Of a stretch of 64,000 bases of DNA, positions 13,453 through 23,422 are shown piece by piece; position 1 is the first letter of the stretch, and every line of letters starts with the position of its first letter. Below the pieces are notes generated by a model. The model made no database searches. It was not told the DNA's origin and was given only the letters and a program-made list of their open reading frames with translations. This stretch comes from Bacillota bacterium (GTDB lineage Bacteria > Planctomycetota > UBA8108 > UBA1146): NCBI GenBank assembly GCA_003973385.1, contig QNYK01000010.1:4519-68518 (forward strand). The letters run 5' to 3'. A program made the translations under genes and the position numbers.

Positions 13453-16400
13453 CAGTCCATCACCTCCGTCAGCAGATACTCAGCAGACGGAAGATAAACC
13501 GACAGGGTCACATCGTCGAGAGCAGGTGTTACCAGAGCCTTGCCCGCAAAGGTACCAATTCCGGTTCCTGCACGCATCCTGAGTTCGTACGCCAGAAATC
13601 CGATGTTGAAGCGGCCAATAAAATCAGGGCTTCCCGTCGGGTACAGCCACCCCCCGGCGATCAACTGGTTATTACGGCCGCCATCGCCACGGATACCGCC
13701 TCCGGAATCTCCCAGTTGGCGGGCACTCTGCTGGCCATTGACGTTGATGACGCTCATCGTTTCGTCATTCCAATCGACCCGCTGTTGTGCGTACATCTTG
13801 GGCGAGTACATCGTCCAGGTCATGTTTCTCAGTCGCATACGCTGGATCCCATCGGGGAAGGGCACCATGAATGCTCCGGTGTAGATCCCTTCCTGGTCGG
13901 TGTAATAACCCTTCTGCCGGCTGTCATCCTGGGTGTACTGTCCAAGGTAAACGCGAAACTCATCGATGGTCGCATTCGCCAGTACGCGCTTGACCGAGGC
14001 TCCCTTGAGCAATCCCGTTGTCGTGTAGTTGGTTCCAAACTTGAACAGCCCCTCGGTGGCCACTGCCTGATCGCGGTGAAATCCAGCGATCTGGATCTGG
14101 TCCTTTGGCGCCTCCTCATTGAGAGCGCAGAACATCCCCTCGCCGATATTGTGATTGACGGCATCGACCGTTGTATGATCGACCCAGACACGGATTCCAT
14201 TGGTGGGAGAATTGTCATCATAAGCCACCGCCAGATGGTGCCACTCATGCGCCCGCCAATTCGAGATATCCACCGCCACATCAGTGCGAGCCCAGAACTT
14301 CTGAGGATCAGTTTCAGCTTCGTTGCCCTCCTCGACCTCATCCTGATTGCCGATCAGAGGGATGGCCTGGGCGGTGTATCCCTTGGCAAAAGCCTGGTGA
14401 TAGTAGAGGCGAGATACTCGAAGTTGCCCCTCCGTGTTCTTCCAGATCCAGAACTGGGAACCCTCGGAATCGGTGAGTTGCTGACCCACATTGGTCTGAA
14501 CCTGGGTGGCACCGATGAGTCCAGAAAAAGTAGGATCGTCGCCGTTGAACTCCATCTTGACCCAGAAAGAGACGGCTCCGTTGTAGTAGGGAAGATTTCC
14601 GATGTCATTGTTGTAGTTGCGGTTGACCGCCCCCTGATCGCTGGGATTCTGGCGATAGCGCTGGGCGGGCAGGCGCAGAAACCGACCTCCGAGAGCCGAA
14701 GTCCGGAACATGCTGCTATTGATGCCATCCGGCATCAGATCTGAATTCTGGGACGCCTCATCGACGAAAGGCTCGCCGATGTTCTCCTCCTCCACGGCAC
14801 TATCAGCGGCTCCCCAGACTGATTGGGAGTATCGCTGGCGGTAGATGGTGCCCTTCTGGCTGTATGTGGCATCCAGCACCTTGCCCAGTTCCTTGATCTT
14901 GGCTGTCGGATTGGAATTGGTCCGCATCAGGTTACCCAGCACGCGAAGTGATTCCTCGTCGCGGAAACGAAAGGTGTGCGCTAGCCGAAGCGTCGCTTCC
15001 CCCGACCATCGCGCAAGTCTCGCACTCGGATCCGATACCTGCATCACCGCATCGATCGCTCCGGAGAGTTCCACTCGGCCGTCCTGCCTCGATCCGGTGA
15101 AGAAGTCAGGATGCAGCGCGTCCATCGGATCGGGCCACGTGGTGATGTACTCCCGCGACCCGCCTCTGGCATTACTGGTGCGCCCGACTGCCCTGAACGG
15201 CTCCTCGAACTGCTCCTGGGTGGTATGATGATAAACTTCAAACACCTTCACGATGCTGCGCTGTTTCGATTCCGAGAAGACCTCGTTACTCGAGTTCCCT
15301 GCACCGGTGATCTCCGCAAGGCTGGTGATCTCGAAGATCCCCTTGCTGTCGAAGCAGAACTCGGTCGTGTGCCCCATCCTGACATCACTCCGGTCGCGAC
15401 CAGGGGGAAACTTGACGAGGTTCGATTTGTCGACCGCACGGTAAGCAGGAAAGTTTGGATTGACCTTGTTGATTCGAGTATTGGGATTGAAATTGGCGAT
15501 CAAGATCGAACGCATCATTTCGTAGTACCAGGCGTTATTTCGATCTGCAGGCAAACCCACATCCGAGCGCAGTCCCTGCTCCACCTGCGGAACTCCCCGC
15601 GTCCACAACTCGCGAGAACCCACATCATTGACGATCTTCGAGTAGTTGTTGTCTGTATTGGTCGATTGAGGGTTGATCACCCAGGCATTTTCGGCGTTGG
15701 GGAAGGGGAATATGTCCGGCGGCAGTCTATTGATGAAGTCCTCGAAGCCGATTTCTCCGCTGCCGACCGGCGCGGTCCAGAACTTGAAGGCTCGTTGCTT
15801 GCGCTGCCCGACGATCCCGCGAGCGATATTTCTGGCGACATCGTAGGTGAGAGGCTGAGAGTAGACCCAGACCGGAGTCTGTTGAATGCTCAGTTCCTCC
15901 CGCACTGGAGCCAATGTACCGCCACCAAAATCGATGGCTCCGACATTGCCACTCTCCAGCGATTGCGAGTTGATACTCATGTAGGGAAATGCTCGACGAC
16001 CACCCACTCCCTGCAAAGCGGCGATCAACAACGGTTCAGGGGCGGTATTGATGTTGATGGGAGCTCGCGGCTCCCCGACGACCTGAGCCGCACCGATGAC
16101 GGTCTGATTGCGCGGATCCTGAGGTAAATTTCGAGAGATCCCCGTGGCTCCCGCACCCTGACCCTGATTCGCCTGGCCCCCGACACGGTTGTTGACCTCT
16201 CGGCCGGCACCCGATCGTTGAGTGTATGGGTTGACCCAGGCATGAGCAGTGATGAAATCTGCGAGAAGGGCCAGGTTCTCGCGCCCGATCAGGGCTGCCA
16301 GCTCGGACTTTGAACTGAACAGCCCCCCGGGAAGGCGATTTCGAAATGCGATCACATCTTCGCCAAAAAGCTGCCGACCCGTTTCTCTCGGTCCGCTCCA

Positions 16401-16952
16401 CAGTGGATTTGTTCCGTAGCGAGTATCTTTCTCCAGGGCAGCCGCCAGATTGGTCAGCATCTGGGCCAGCGTATCCTGTCTGCCATTGATGTAGAGTTGC
16501 GCCGAGGTGTCGATCAACTTGACGCGGTAGCGGTCCTTGCCATCCGCTCCCCCGGCGATACCCGGGTAAGAACCCCGTGTCAGGTTGTCTCCGAGCGAGG
16601 TCTCATCCGGGGGCGCATGACGCAGATCGAGGATTCCTCCGATCCTCGACTCGCCATCGCCTCCTGTGATGCCGTAGATCCACGGAGCCCGAGCTCGGCT
16701 GGAAACGACGTATCCTTCCCAGAAGGGGCGACTCCTGAGCATCGAGATCACCTCGGACTCGGCTGAAGCGGACAGCAACTGGGCCTTGTTATGATCCCGG
16801 AAATTCTCGGTTGCTTTCAGTTCAAGGCGCATCAGAGCCACGAAAGTGACCGCGATGATCGAGATCAGTGTCAGCACAGCCAGTGCGATGAGCAACATCG
16901 ACCCGCGCTCGCGACAGGCGGGGCCATTCACCTCAGGCGTCTCTGGAAACAT
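13452..16952 (-). CDS. Giant GspK/PilX-like minor (pseudo)pilin with C-terminal LamG/concanavalin-like domain
   Basis: Class III signal RERG/SMLLIALAVLTLISIIAVTF without Glu+5. GspK-like motifs VKLIDTSAQLYIN, FSSKSEL, PININTAPEPLL. LamG-like motifs GAVSFWVK, EWHHLAVAYD, ATIDEFRVY. Confidence 0.75.
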   Translation of the reverse strand: MFPETPEVNGPACRERGSMLLIALAVLTLISIIAVTFVALMRLELKATENFRDHNKAQLLSASAESEVISMLRSRPFWEGYVVSSRARAPWIYGITGGDGESRIGGILDLRHAPPDETSLGDNLTRGSYPGIAGGADGKDRYRVKLIDTSAQLYINGRQDTLAQMLTNLAAALEKDTRYGTNPLWSGPRETGRQLFGEDVIAFRNRLPGGLFSSKSELAALIGRENLALLADFITAHAWVNPYTQRSGAGREVNNRVGGQANQGQGAGATGISRNLPQDPRNQTVIGAAQVVGEPRAPININTAPEPLLIAALQGVGGRRAFPYMSINSQSLESGNVGAIDFGGGTLAPVREELSIQQTPVWVYSQPLTYDVARNIARGIVGQRKQRAFKFWTAPVGSGEIGFEDFINRLPPDIFPFPNAENAWVINPQSTNTDNNYSKIVNDVGSRELWTRGVPQVEQGLRSDVGLPADRNNAWYYEMMRSILIANFNPNTRINKVNPNFPAYRAVDKSNLVKFPPGRDRSDVRMGHTTEFCFDSKGIFEITSLAEITGAGNSSNEVFSESKQRSIVKVFEVYHHTTQEQFEEPFRAVGRTSNARGGSREYITTWPDPMDALHPDFFTGSRQDGRVELSGAIDAVMQVSDPSARLARWSGEATLRLAHTFRFRDEESLRVLGNLMRTNSNPTAKIKELGKVLDATYSQKGTIYRQRYSQSVWGAADSAVEEENIGEPFVDEASQNSDLMPDGINSSMFRTSALGGRFLRLPAQRYRQNPSDQGAVNRNYNNDIGNLPYYNGAVSFWVKMEFNGDDPTFSGLIGATQVQTNVGQQLTDSEGSQFWIWKNTEGQLRVSRLYYHQAFAKGYTAQAIPLIGNQDEVEEGNEAETDPQKFWARTDVAVDISNWRAHEWHHLAVAYDDNSPTNGIRVWVDHTTVDAVNHNIGEGMFCALNEEAPKDQIQIAGFHRDQAVATEGLFKFGTNYTTTGLLKGASVKRVLANATIDEFRVYLGQYTQDDSRQKGYYTDQEGIYTGAFMVPFPDGIQRMRLRNMTWTMYSPKMYAQQRVDWNDETMSVINVNGQQSARQLGDSGGGIRGDGGRNNQLIAGGWLYPTGSPDFIGRFNIGFLAYELRMRAGTGIGTFAGKALVTPALDDVTLSVYLPSAEYLLTEVMD

Positions 16953-17025
16953 GGTTTCCCTTTCCCTCTCCTCGGGCAATCCCCGTGAAGCACCGATGAC
17001 GCTTCACAAGGCCACTGCGATCGAC

Positions 17026-18189
17026 CTAGGCTTCCACCTCTGCCGGCGCAGTTTTCGTATCACCGGTCGTATCACCGGTCGTATCACCGGTCTTATCACC
17101 GGTCTCGTTACCATCTCCGAAGAAGCGCTGGCGTAGTTCGGTATCGAGACGGCCGGAGAGTTCTGGATGATCCCTCAGGAACTGGACAGCGCGCTCACGC
17201 CCCTGTCCGATCCGCTCCTTGCCGAGCGAGTACCAGGTTCCCGCCCTGCTCACCAGTCCCTCCTCCACACCGAGGTCGAGTATGTCTCCGTGATAGGAGA
17301 TCCCGACATTGAATATGATGTCGAACTCGGCCTTTCGAAATGGCGGGGCCATCTTGTTCTTGACGACCTTGACGACGGTACGGTTCCCACTCACATCGCC
17401 ATCGGTCTTGATGGAGCCGATACGGCGGATGTCGAGACGAATCGACGCATAGAACTTCAGCGCTCGTCCACCGGAAGTGGTCTCAGGACTGCCAAACATG
17501 ACACCGATCTTCTCGCGGATCTGATTGATGAAGACCACGGTGGTCTTGGAACGATGGATGACGCCAGTCAACTTTCGCAACGCCTGACTCATCAGTCGGG
17601 CCTGCAAGCCCATATGCGAATCCCCCATCGATCCTTCCAGTTCAGCTCGCGGAACCAGCGCTGCCACCGAATCGATGACGACGATATCCACGGCGCTCGA
17701 GGCCACCAGCATCTCGCAGATCTCGAGTGCCTGCTCACCACTGTCGGGCTGTGAGACGAGCAGATTATCCAGATCGACGCCGAGTTTCTCTGCATAGGTG
17801 GGATCGAGTGCATGCTCGGCATCGATGAAGGCCGCAACGCCACCATTCTTCTGAGCATTGGCGATGGCGTGCAGGGTCAGGGTCGTCTTTCCGGAGGCCT
17901 CCGGTCCATACACCTCGACCACTCTCGCACGAGGCAAGCCACCGATCCCCAGTGCTTTGTCGAGGGAAAGTGATCCGGTCCTGATCACATCGACCTTTCT
18001 CGACTCCTTGTCCCCCAGCATCATGATCGCACCCTGGCCGCATTTCTTGTGGATCTGCTGCAGGGCGAAGTCGAGCGCTTGCTTGCGCTGTGCGTCGAGT
18101 CCCTTGATTGAATCGGTCAGCGAAGGCTCAGCAGCCTCGGTCGATTTCTTGCTCGCTGAAGCGCGCGTCTTGCGTTGTCTGTCTACCAT
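17026..18189 (-). CDS. recA: Recombinase A
   Basis: [48 protein letters not shown] at 18189 with GGAGGAG SD. Confidence 0.98.
   Translation of the reverse strand: MVDRQRKTRASASKKSTEAAEPSLTDSIKGLDAQRKQALDFALQQIHKKCGQGAIMMLGDKESRKVDVIRTGSLSLDKALGIGGLPRARVVEVYGPEASGKTTLTLHAIANAQKNGGVAAFIDAEHALDPTYAEKLGVDLDNLLVSQPDSGEQALEICEMLVASSAVDIVVIDSVAALVPRAELEGSMGDSHMGLQARLMSQALRKLTGVIHRSKTTVVFINQIREKIGVMFGSPETTSGGRALKFYASIRLDIRRIGSIKTDGDVSGNRTVVKVVKNKMAPPFRKAEFDIIFNVGISYHGDILDLGVEEGLVSRAGTWYSLGKERIGQGRERAVQFLRDHPELSGRLDTELRQRFFGDGNETGDKTGDTTGDTTGDTKTAPAEVEA
17056..17103. repeat. 12-bp tandem repeat, four copies, in the recA 3' end
   Basis: CGTATCACCGGT three times plus CTTATCACCGGT, encoding [16 protein letters not shown]. 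Confidence 0.9.
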
Positions 18190-18304
18190 CTCACTCCTCC
18201 ATCCTGGCCCGAGATTCCGGCTCTCGCCGGTGGCCTTCATTCCCCCTGGAATTGTTCTCGCCTGTTGTTCGCATCATCATCTTCATCGATTCCACGGGGC
18301 TGAC

Positions 18305-18763
18305 TCAGTGGGAGCCATCCTCCCCGCTTGCTTCTTGTTGCAACGCATCGATTTCTTGTTGCAACGCCTCACGTGCTGCGTCCATCACTCGCGGACGGCC
18401 GAGTACGCGATGTCTCTGGAACTCCTCGGTTCCGTCTCGGTAGAGATCTCCTCGCTCGAGCAGCCGCTGTCGTGCCAGATCCACCTCGAATCCGGAGTTC
18501 CAGGGAATCTGCTGGAGCAGATGCAGTTGTTCCGGAGTCAGACCGCCACCCCGTGCACGAAGCCACTGCAACTGTGACCGAGCGTGCTGGGCGGGTGTAC
18601 TCCCGTTCGGTTGGGGAGCGGCACGGTAAGTCGACTGCTGACGTCCGCCGGCACAGCCGCTCGTGAATATCGGCAGCAACAGCAGCGCCACGCCACATGC
18701 CAACGATACCCATGTCGAGCTAGCCCTCCAGTTTGACCACGGATCGGATGTCAGACGCTTCAC
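18305..18763 (-). CDS. Small hypothetical lipoprotein
   Basis: Hydrophobic stretch plus lipobox FTSG-C; GTG start with GGAG upstream. Confidence 0.6.
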   Translation of the reverse strand: MKRLTSDPWSNWRASSTWVSLACGVALLLLPIFTSGCAGGRQQSTYRAAPQPNGSTPAQHARSQLQWLRARGGGLTPEQLHLLQQIPWNSGFEVDLARQRLLERGDLYRDGTEEFQRHRVLGRPRVMDAAREALQQEIDALQQEASGEDGSH

Positions 18764-19149
18764 GCTGTATCCACTCCATTCCTGGAAAAACTGGACCCGC
18801 CGATTCGATGACCACAAGCAGACGCGATCGAAACCCGATCACGCAGCACCATCCTCGCGCCTTGCCATCGCCACGCAGTACCAACCCAGCGCCGTGAGGG
18901 CGCTGATTCATCACTGATCAGGAGGCTCGATCTCACGACCAAACCACCGGCATCAGATGTACCTACAGGGAGCGATCGAGGCTCTCGGGTGGATCCAGGG
19001 GACACCGGCTCCAGCCCCATTTTGCACTGCCTTGGGGTCGCTGTCAAAGCAGCGTATCGAGGCGATTCGTGACCGCCAGAGACCGATGGGCCCGGAAACG
19101 GCCATACCCCCGGTAACAGGTGGGAACCAGGGAGAGTCGCCGGCGGCGG

Positions 19150-19728
19150 CTAGAAGCGTCTCGGAAACAGGTTCGATCCACCGCCATAGGCGTGAGCGAT
19201 GCGGAGAATCGCGTCCATCACCTGCTCCTCGATGGATTCGAGGGTACGCAGGCCCGTCTCGGTATCGAGGCCGATCGCATCGTCGATCTGCTCGGAGAGC
19301 TGGCCTGCTGTATCAAAGAGCTGGATGATGAACTGGAGACTGGTCGGGCGATCGATCTGATCGGGGATGCATTCGATCAACTGCTCCAGATCCCCAGCCG
19401 TGACCTTCTCGGCGGCGGCGTTGGCAGCGAGCCCGGGTCGATGGATCGCCACCGTCAGACCTCGCAGCGGCAGTCCTGAGCGATTGAGGATGGAGTGGGG
19501 GGTGCCGGCGGGCACCATCACGGCATTGCCAGGCAGCAGATCGACCCGTTGCTCGCGCAATTGGACCAGTCCATGGCCCTCGAGCGAGATCACCATCTCC
19601 TCCTGGGCAGCGTGCTCGAACAGCGGCGTGCTCTCTCCGTGCTGAAGTGTCACTTCCCACAGTTCCAGGATACGGCTCGGGGAGGTGGCGTTGGGGTCGT
19701 CCAGGCGCTTCCAGGGTCGAATCTTCAT
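19150..19728 (-). CDS. Cupin-domain protein with helical C-terminal extension
   Basis: Cupin motifs EHAAQEEMVISLEG and VPAGTPHSILN; GGAGGGAG SD. Confidence 0.8.
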   Translation of the reverse strand: MKIRPWKRLDDPNATSPSRILELWEVTLQHGESTPLFEHAAQEEMVISLEGHGLVQLREQRVDLLPGNAVMVPAGTPHSILNRSGLPLRGLTVAIHRPGLAANAAAEKVTAGDLEQLIECIPDQIDRPTSLQFIIQLFDTAGQLSEQIDDAIGLDTETGLRTLESIEEQVMDAILRIAHAYGGGSNLFPRRF

Positions 19729-19842
19729 GGTGTACTCCCTCCGGAGAATCTCTCCGAAGAAGAATCCGATGAAATCGCCCCTGAGGTCCACTCCCGAGCC
19801 ACCGCAGTCTGATCTGCGAATCCGGGATCGATCCCAATCGCC

Positions 19843-20799
19843 TCAGGAAGGCCTCATGAGGACCTTCAGCACTCCAACCTCTGCCGCCCGCGAGAGCGCT
19901 GCCGGACCCTCTCCCAGGTCGTACACGGCGTCGATCAGATCGCGCGGGTCGATGCTACCCCCGGCCAGTGCCGCCAGCGCCGGAGCGAAGGGCCCACAGC
20001 GAGAACCGACCAGTTCGATCTCATCGACCACCAGTGCCGACGCGTCGCACTGCAACTGGCCGGCATAGGTGCTCTTCATCACCAGCGTCCCCAGCGGTCG
20101 AAGTGCCTGACGGGCGGCCTCGAATCCCGTCGAGTTGCCGCTGCACTCGATCGCCACATCGTACTGGCCCCCAACGACGGCCCGGGAATCGGTCGTGGTC
20201 TCGATACCGAGCCGGGTCAGCAGGGCCAGTTTGCGCTCGTGACGTCCCAGTACCGTCAGTGACACGCCGTGCCTCGACAGCACCCGCGCCACCAGTTGCC
20301 CCAGTCTTCCATCGCCCACCACCAGGCAGCGCACTGCCGGCGTCAGGTCGATCTGCTCGGGGATTCGCATCGCCGCCGCCAGCGGCTCGGTGAAGACGCT
20401 GCACTCATCGGGCACGCCATCGGGAACCTCGTGCAGATTGCGAGCCGGAAGCAAGAAGGAGTCGGCGAAGCAGCCGTCACGGCCGACGATGCCGAGCACG
20501 GTCCGCTCCGGGCAGTGGTGGCCACGCCCCGCCTGGCACGGCAGACAGTGACCACAGGGGGCATTGATCTCGCCCACCACCTTCTTGCCGAGCCATCGAT
20601 CCGGTCCCTCCTCGACGACGCCGACGAACTCATGACCGAGCACCCCGGTGAAGGGATAGTAGCCCGCCTTCAGTTCCAGATCGGTACCACAGACCCCCAG
20701 CAGCGTCGGACGGATGCGCACCTCATCATCGCAGACATCACCCGCGGGCAGATCATCGCGTAGGGTGACCGTTCCCTGCTCCAGGTAGATACCGCGCAT
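19843..20799 (-). CDS. Zn-dependent alcohol dehydrogenase (MDR family)
   Basis: GVCGTD, GHEFVG, structural Zn site CGHCLPC..HHC, Rossmann VGDGRLG. Confidence 0.92.
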   Translation of the reverse strand: MRGIYLEQGTVTLRDDLPAGDVCDDEVRIRPTLLGVCGTDLELKAGYYPFTGVLGHEFVGVVEEGPDRWLGKKVVGEINAPCGHCLPCQAGRGHHCPERTVLGIVGRDGCFADSFLLPARNLHEVPDGVPDECSVFTEPLAAAMRIPEQIDLTPAVRCLVVGDGRLGQLVARVLSRHGVSLTVLGRHERKLALLTRLGIETTTDSRAVVGGQYDVAIECSGNSTGFEAARQALRPLGTLVMKSTYAGQLQCDASALVVDEIELVGSRCGPFAPALAALAGGSIDPRDLIDAVYDLGEGPAALSRAAEVGVLKVLMRPS

Positions 20800-20890
20800 G
20801 GTGAGATCCTTCCGCCAGTACGAGCGAAGCATCCTGCCCTCTCACCCACCCCTCGCCAACAGGAATTGCCCCGACCCGACCCACCGGGAA

Positions 20891-21041
20891 GGATCGCTCT
20901 GCGGACGACGCAGGATGTTTGTCGCTCCCCTGATGGGGTGGGGAATAAAGTGTGGGTCCTGCAGGATCGCTCTGCGGGCGACGTAGGATGTTTGTCACTC
21001 CCCGGATGGGGTTGAGGAAAAAAAGTGTGGGTCCTGCAGGA
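20891..21041. repeat. Two ~73-75 bp tandem copies of the tRNA 3' end plus trailer
   Basis: Units start GGATCGCTCTGCGG at 20891 and 20964; both end AAAGTGTGGGTCCTGCAGGA, and the second overlaps the tRNA 3' end. Confidence 0.9.
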
Positions 21042-21101
21042 CTCGAACCTGCGACCAACGGATTATGAGTCCGTCGCTCTAACCAGCTGAGCTAAGGACC
21101 C
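21028..21101 (-). tRNA. tRNA with CAT anticodon, probably tRNA-Ile2 (lysidine type)
   Basis: GGGTCCTTAGCTCAGCTGGTTAGAGCGACGGACTCATAATCCGTTGGTCGCAGGTTCGAGTCCTGCAGGACCCA; paired G1-C72 (not initiator); resembles ileX-type tRNAs; CCA not encoded. Confidence 0.9.
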
Positions 21102-21233
21102 ACCGATCCTTCATCGTTCCAGTTCCATCATGATCCAGTGCCGCCACCTCGATGCGGCCAGCAGCACAGGATGGCGTTTTGACGGCGGCGGAACAAGGGC
21201 AGGTTGGCCACTCCCGTATCGGTCCCTCAGATG

Positions 21234-22424
21234 TCAGGCCTCGAGCCGGATGCGCCCCAGCGATTCCTCCAGCGTCGCCACCACGTCGTCGATCTGGGCC
21301 GGCTTCAATCGGGGATGCAGCGGCAAAGCGAGCATCCTCGGCGAGATCTGATCGGTGACGGGAAGCGCTGCCGATGGGGCCTCGTCGTAGGGAGCAAAGG
21401 TGGCGATGGAGGGGAAGTAGAGACCGGTCTCGATGCCGTGCTCGGCCATCGCCTCGCGCAACGGATCTCGCCAGCGGCCATCTTCGAGCAGCACGACGAA
21501 GGCAAACCAGCTGCGACGGTCTCCCTCGCCGGAGATGGTCGGCGTCGGCGCAGCAACGACTCCCGGGATCGCCTCGATCCGCTCCAGGTACAGATCAGCC
21601 AGATGCTGACGTCGTTCGATCAGAGCGTCGAGTCGAAGCCACTGGCTGGCACCGAGCGCCGCCTGCATCTCTGTCAGGCGGAAGTTGTAGCCCTCCCCCT
21701 CGAAACTGAAGCCGGCAGCGGTGCGACCCTGATTGGCCAGTTGCCGCACGCGATCGGCGAGAGACGGATCGCGACAGCTGACCAGCCCCCCCTCGCCCAT
21801 CGTGATGATCTTGTTGGGGTAAAAGCCGAACACGGCGGCATCGGCGGCGGCGCCGCAGGGGCTGTCGCCGTGGCGAGAACCGAGCGCCTCGCAGGCATCT
21901 TCTATGACGGGAACATCGTGATGCTTCGCCCACTCGACGATGGCGTCGATGGGAACCTGGACTCCGAGCAGATCGACCGGGATCACGGCGCTGACATCGT
22001 CACTCCACGCCGCATCCAGCTGCTCGACGCCAGCACAGAGGGTCTCGGGGTCGACATCGCAGAAGCGAGGCGTGGCACCGACGGCGCGGATGGCGTGGGC
22101 CGTGGCGATGAATCCGAGCGCCGGCGTGATCACCTCGCCGCCGGAAACACCGAGAGCACGCAGTGCCAGGATCAGACCTGCGGTACCACTGCTGCAGGCG
22201 ACGGTGGGTCGGCCGAAGGTGTCAGAGGCGAGTTGTTCCAGTTGCTCGGTTGCCGGACCACCAGCGAGTCGGCCGCTACACAGCACTCGATCGACCGCCG
22301 CACGGTCGTCGTGATCGATGTCAGGAGATGAAAGAGAGATGCGCCAGTTGTCTACAACGCCATCGCGGGCGGATCCCACAGCCGTGGGATCGATGGGAAT
22401 CGAGGTGGGATCCTCGACCGGCAT
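21234..22424 (-). CDS. DegT/DnrJ/EryC1/StrS-family PLP sugar aminotransferase
   Basis: SSGTAGL, IEDACEALG, FGFYPNKIITMGEGG, GYNFRLTEMQAALG; start uncertain. Confidence 0.92.
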   Translation of the reverse strand: MPVEDPTSIPIDPTAVGSARDGVVDNWRISLSSPDIDHDDRAAVDRVLCSGRLAGGPATEQLEQLASDTFGRPTVACSSGTAGLILALRALGVSGGEVITPALGFIATAHAIRAVGATPRFCDVDPETLCAGVEQLDAAWSDDVSAVIPVDLLGVQVPIDAIVEWAKHHDVPVIEDACEALGSRHGDSPCGAAADAAVFGFYPNKIITMGEGGLVSCRDPSLADRVRQLANQGRTAAGFSFEGEGYNFRLTEMQAALGASQWLRLDALIERRQHLADLYLERIEAIPGVVAAPTPTISGEGDRRSWFAFVVLLEDGRWRDPLREAMAEHGIETGLYFPSIATFAPYDEAPSAALPVTDQISPRMLALPLHPRLKPAQIDDVVATLEESLGRIRLEA

Positions 22425-22430
22425 CACCGG

Positions 22431-22796
22431 CTACGGTGCCGGAGCCGAGGGGGCATCTGGAGATCCAGTCTGCGGGAGGCCAGGATCTGGTGGAGTGGCT
22501 TCAGGCTTTGGAGTCCGCTGCATTTTTTCCTTCATCATGCGGCCCGCCTTGAACTTGACGGTGATTTTTTCAGGAACCTGGATGCGAGCACCGGTGCGTG
22601 GATTGCGGGCGGTGCGAGGTGCCTTCGCCTTCGGCTCGAAGACCCCGAAATCACGAAACTCGAGGCGATTGCCCGAGGCGAGTTCGGCGATGATCTCGTC
22701 GAGGAAACCCTGGATGACTTCCTTCGCCTTCTGCTGCTGAACCTTGGTGTTCTCCGAGATCCGCTGTACAAGATCGCGCTTGGTCACGGTGTTCAT
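22431..22796 (-). CDS. IHF/HU-family DNA-binding protein with Pro-rich tail
   Basis: TKRDLV, LEFRDFGVF, RTARNPRTG, VKFKAGRMMK. Confidence 0.93.
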   Translation of the reverse strand: MNTVTKRDLVQRISENTKVQQQKAKEVIQGFLDEIIAELASGNRLEFRDFGVFEPKAKAPRTARNPRTGARIQVPEKITVKFKAGRMMKEKMQRTPKPEATPPDPGLPQTGSPDAPSAPAP

Positions 22797-22998
22797 GGGG
22801 CGCGCTCCTTCCCGATATAACTGCCGTTTTCTCGATCTTTCGATCAAGCGTCACCGGAATCGAGGATCCGCCTGTAGATCCCGGTGCCACACGGGTTTGT
22901 GACAATCGAGGCTATCACGGGGAGCCGGGTGCTGCAACTGCCCCATTTGCCCTTTCCCCTTCCAAGGACAGGACTTACCGATTCCACGCAGGATTATC

Positions 22999-23059
22999 AA
23001 AAAACCACCCCTCTGAGCCGAAAGGGTGCCATTTGGCAGCCACGACCCAGAGGGGAGGC
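22999..23059 (-). terminator. Putative intrinsic terminator with long stem and inner hairpin
   Basis: Minus strand CCCCTCTGGGTCG...CGGCTCAGAGGGG forms a 13-bp stem with GU pairs, followed by TGGTTTTTT. Confidence 0.6.
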
Positions 23060-23083
23060 GGGGGAAGGATGCTGGTTGAGGGG

Positions 23084-23344
23084 CTAGGAAGCCACCTGCT
23101 TGGGGGCGGCCTTGCCGGAGACGGCCTTCTTGGCGGCTGCGGTCGCGGTCTTCCTGGCGGGCCTGGTCGGGGCGGCTGCACAACGGGCAGACCCTGTACG
23201 AGACTGAACCGGGCGGCTGTAGCCCAGTTTCTTGACGATGCCGAGTACTTCCGTCCAGGACAGGAACAGTTTGTCGTTCTTCTTCTTGTACTGCTCGATG
23301 GCACGCACGAACTCGAGTTCTTCCTGATTGAGCGACTTGGCCAC
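23084..23344 (-). CDS. Small hypothetical protein with basic Ala/Lys-rich tail
   Basis: Helical core EELEFVRAIEQYKK..FLSWTEVLGIVKKLGY, which I recall as a planctomycete small-protein type; tail ARKTATAAAKKAVSGKAAPK; AGGAG SD. Confidence 0.8.
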   Translation of the reverse strand: MAKSLNQEELEFVRAIEQYKKKNDKLFLSWTEVLGIVKKLGYSRPVQSRTGSARCAAAPTRPARKTATAAAKKAVSGKAAPKQVAS

Positions 23345-23422
23345 TGGGTCTCCTGACTGATCATCTGAGGTGGTTCTTCTCTACACCTTCCTCTTCGGCA
23401 CTCAGGAGAAAAAACTGAAGGG

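Noticed and set aside
18760..19047. 95-aa ORF whose stop overlaps the lipoprotein start
   Set aside because: No motif, no clear SD and atypical composition; it cannot be supported, though it is not excluded.
20891..21041. tRNA-adjacent repeat as an active integrative element or CRISPR
   Set aside because: Only two units, no integrase or cargo, and no distant second att copy was seen in the window.
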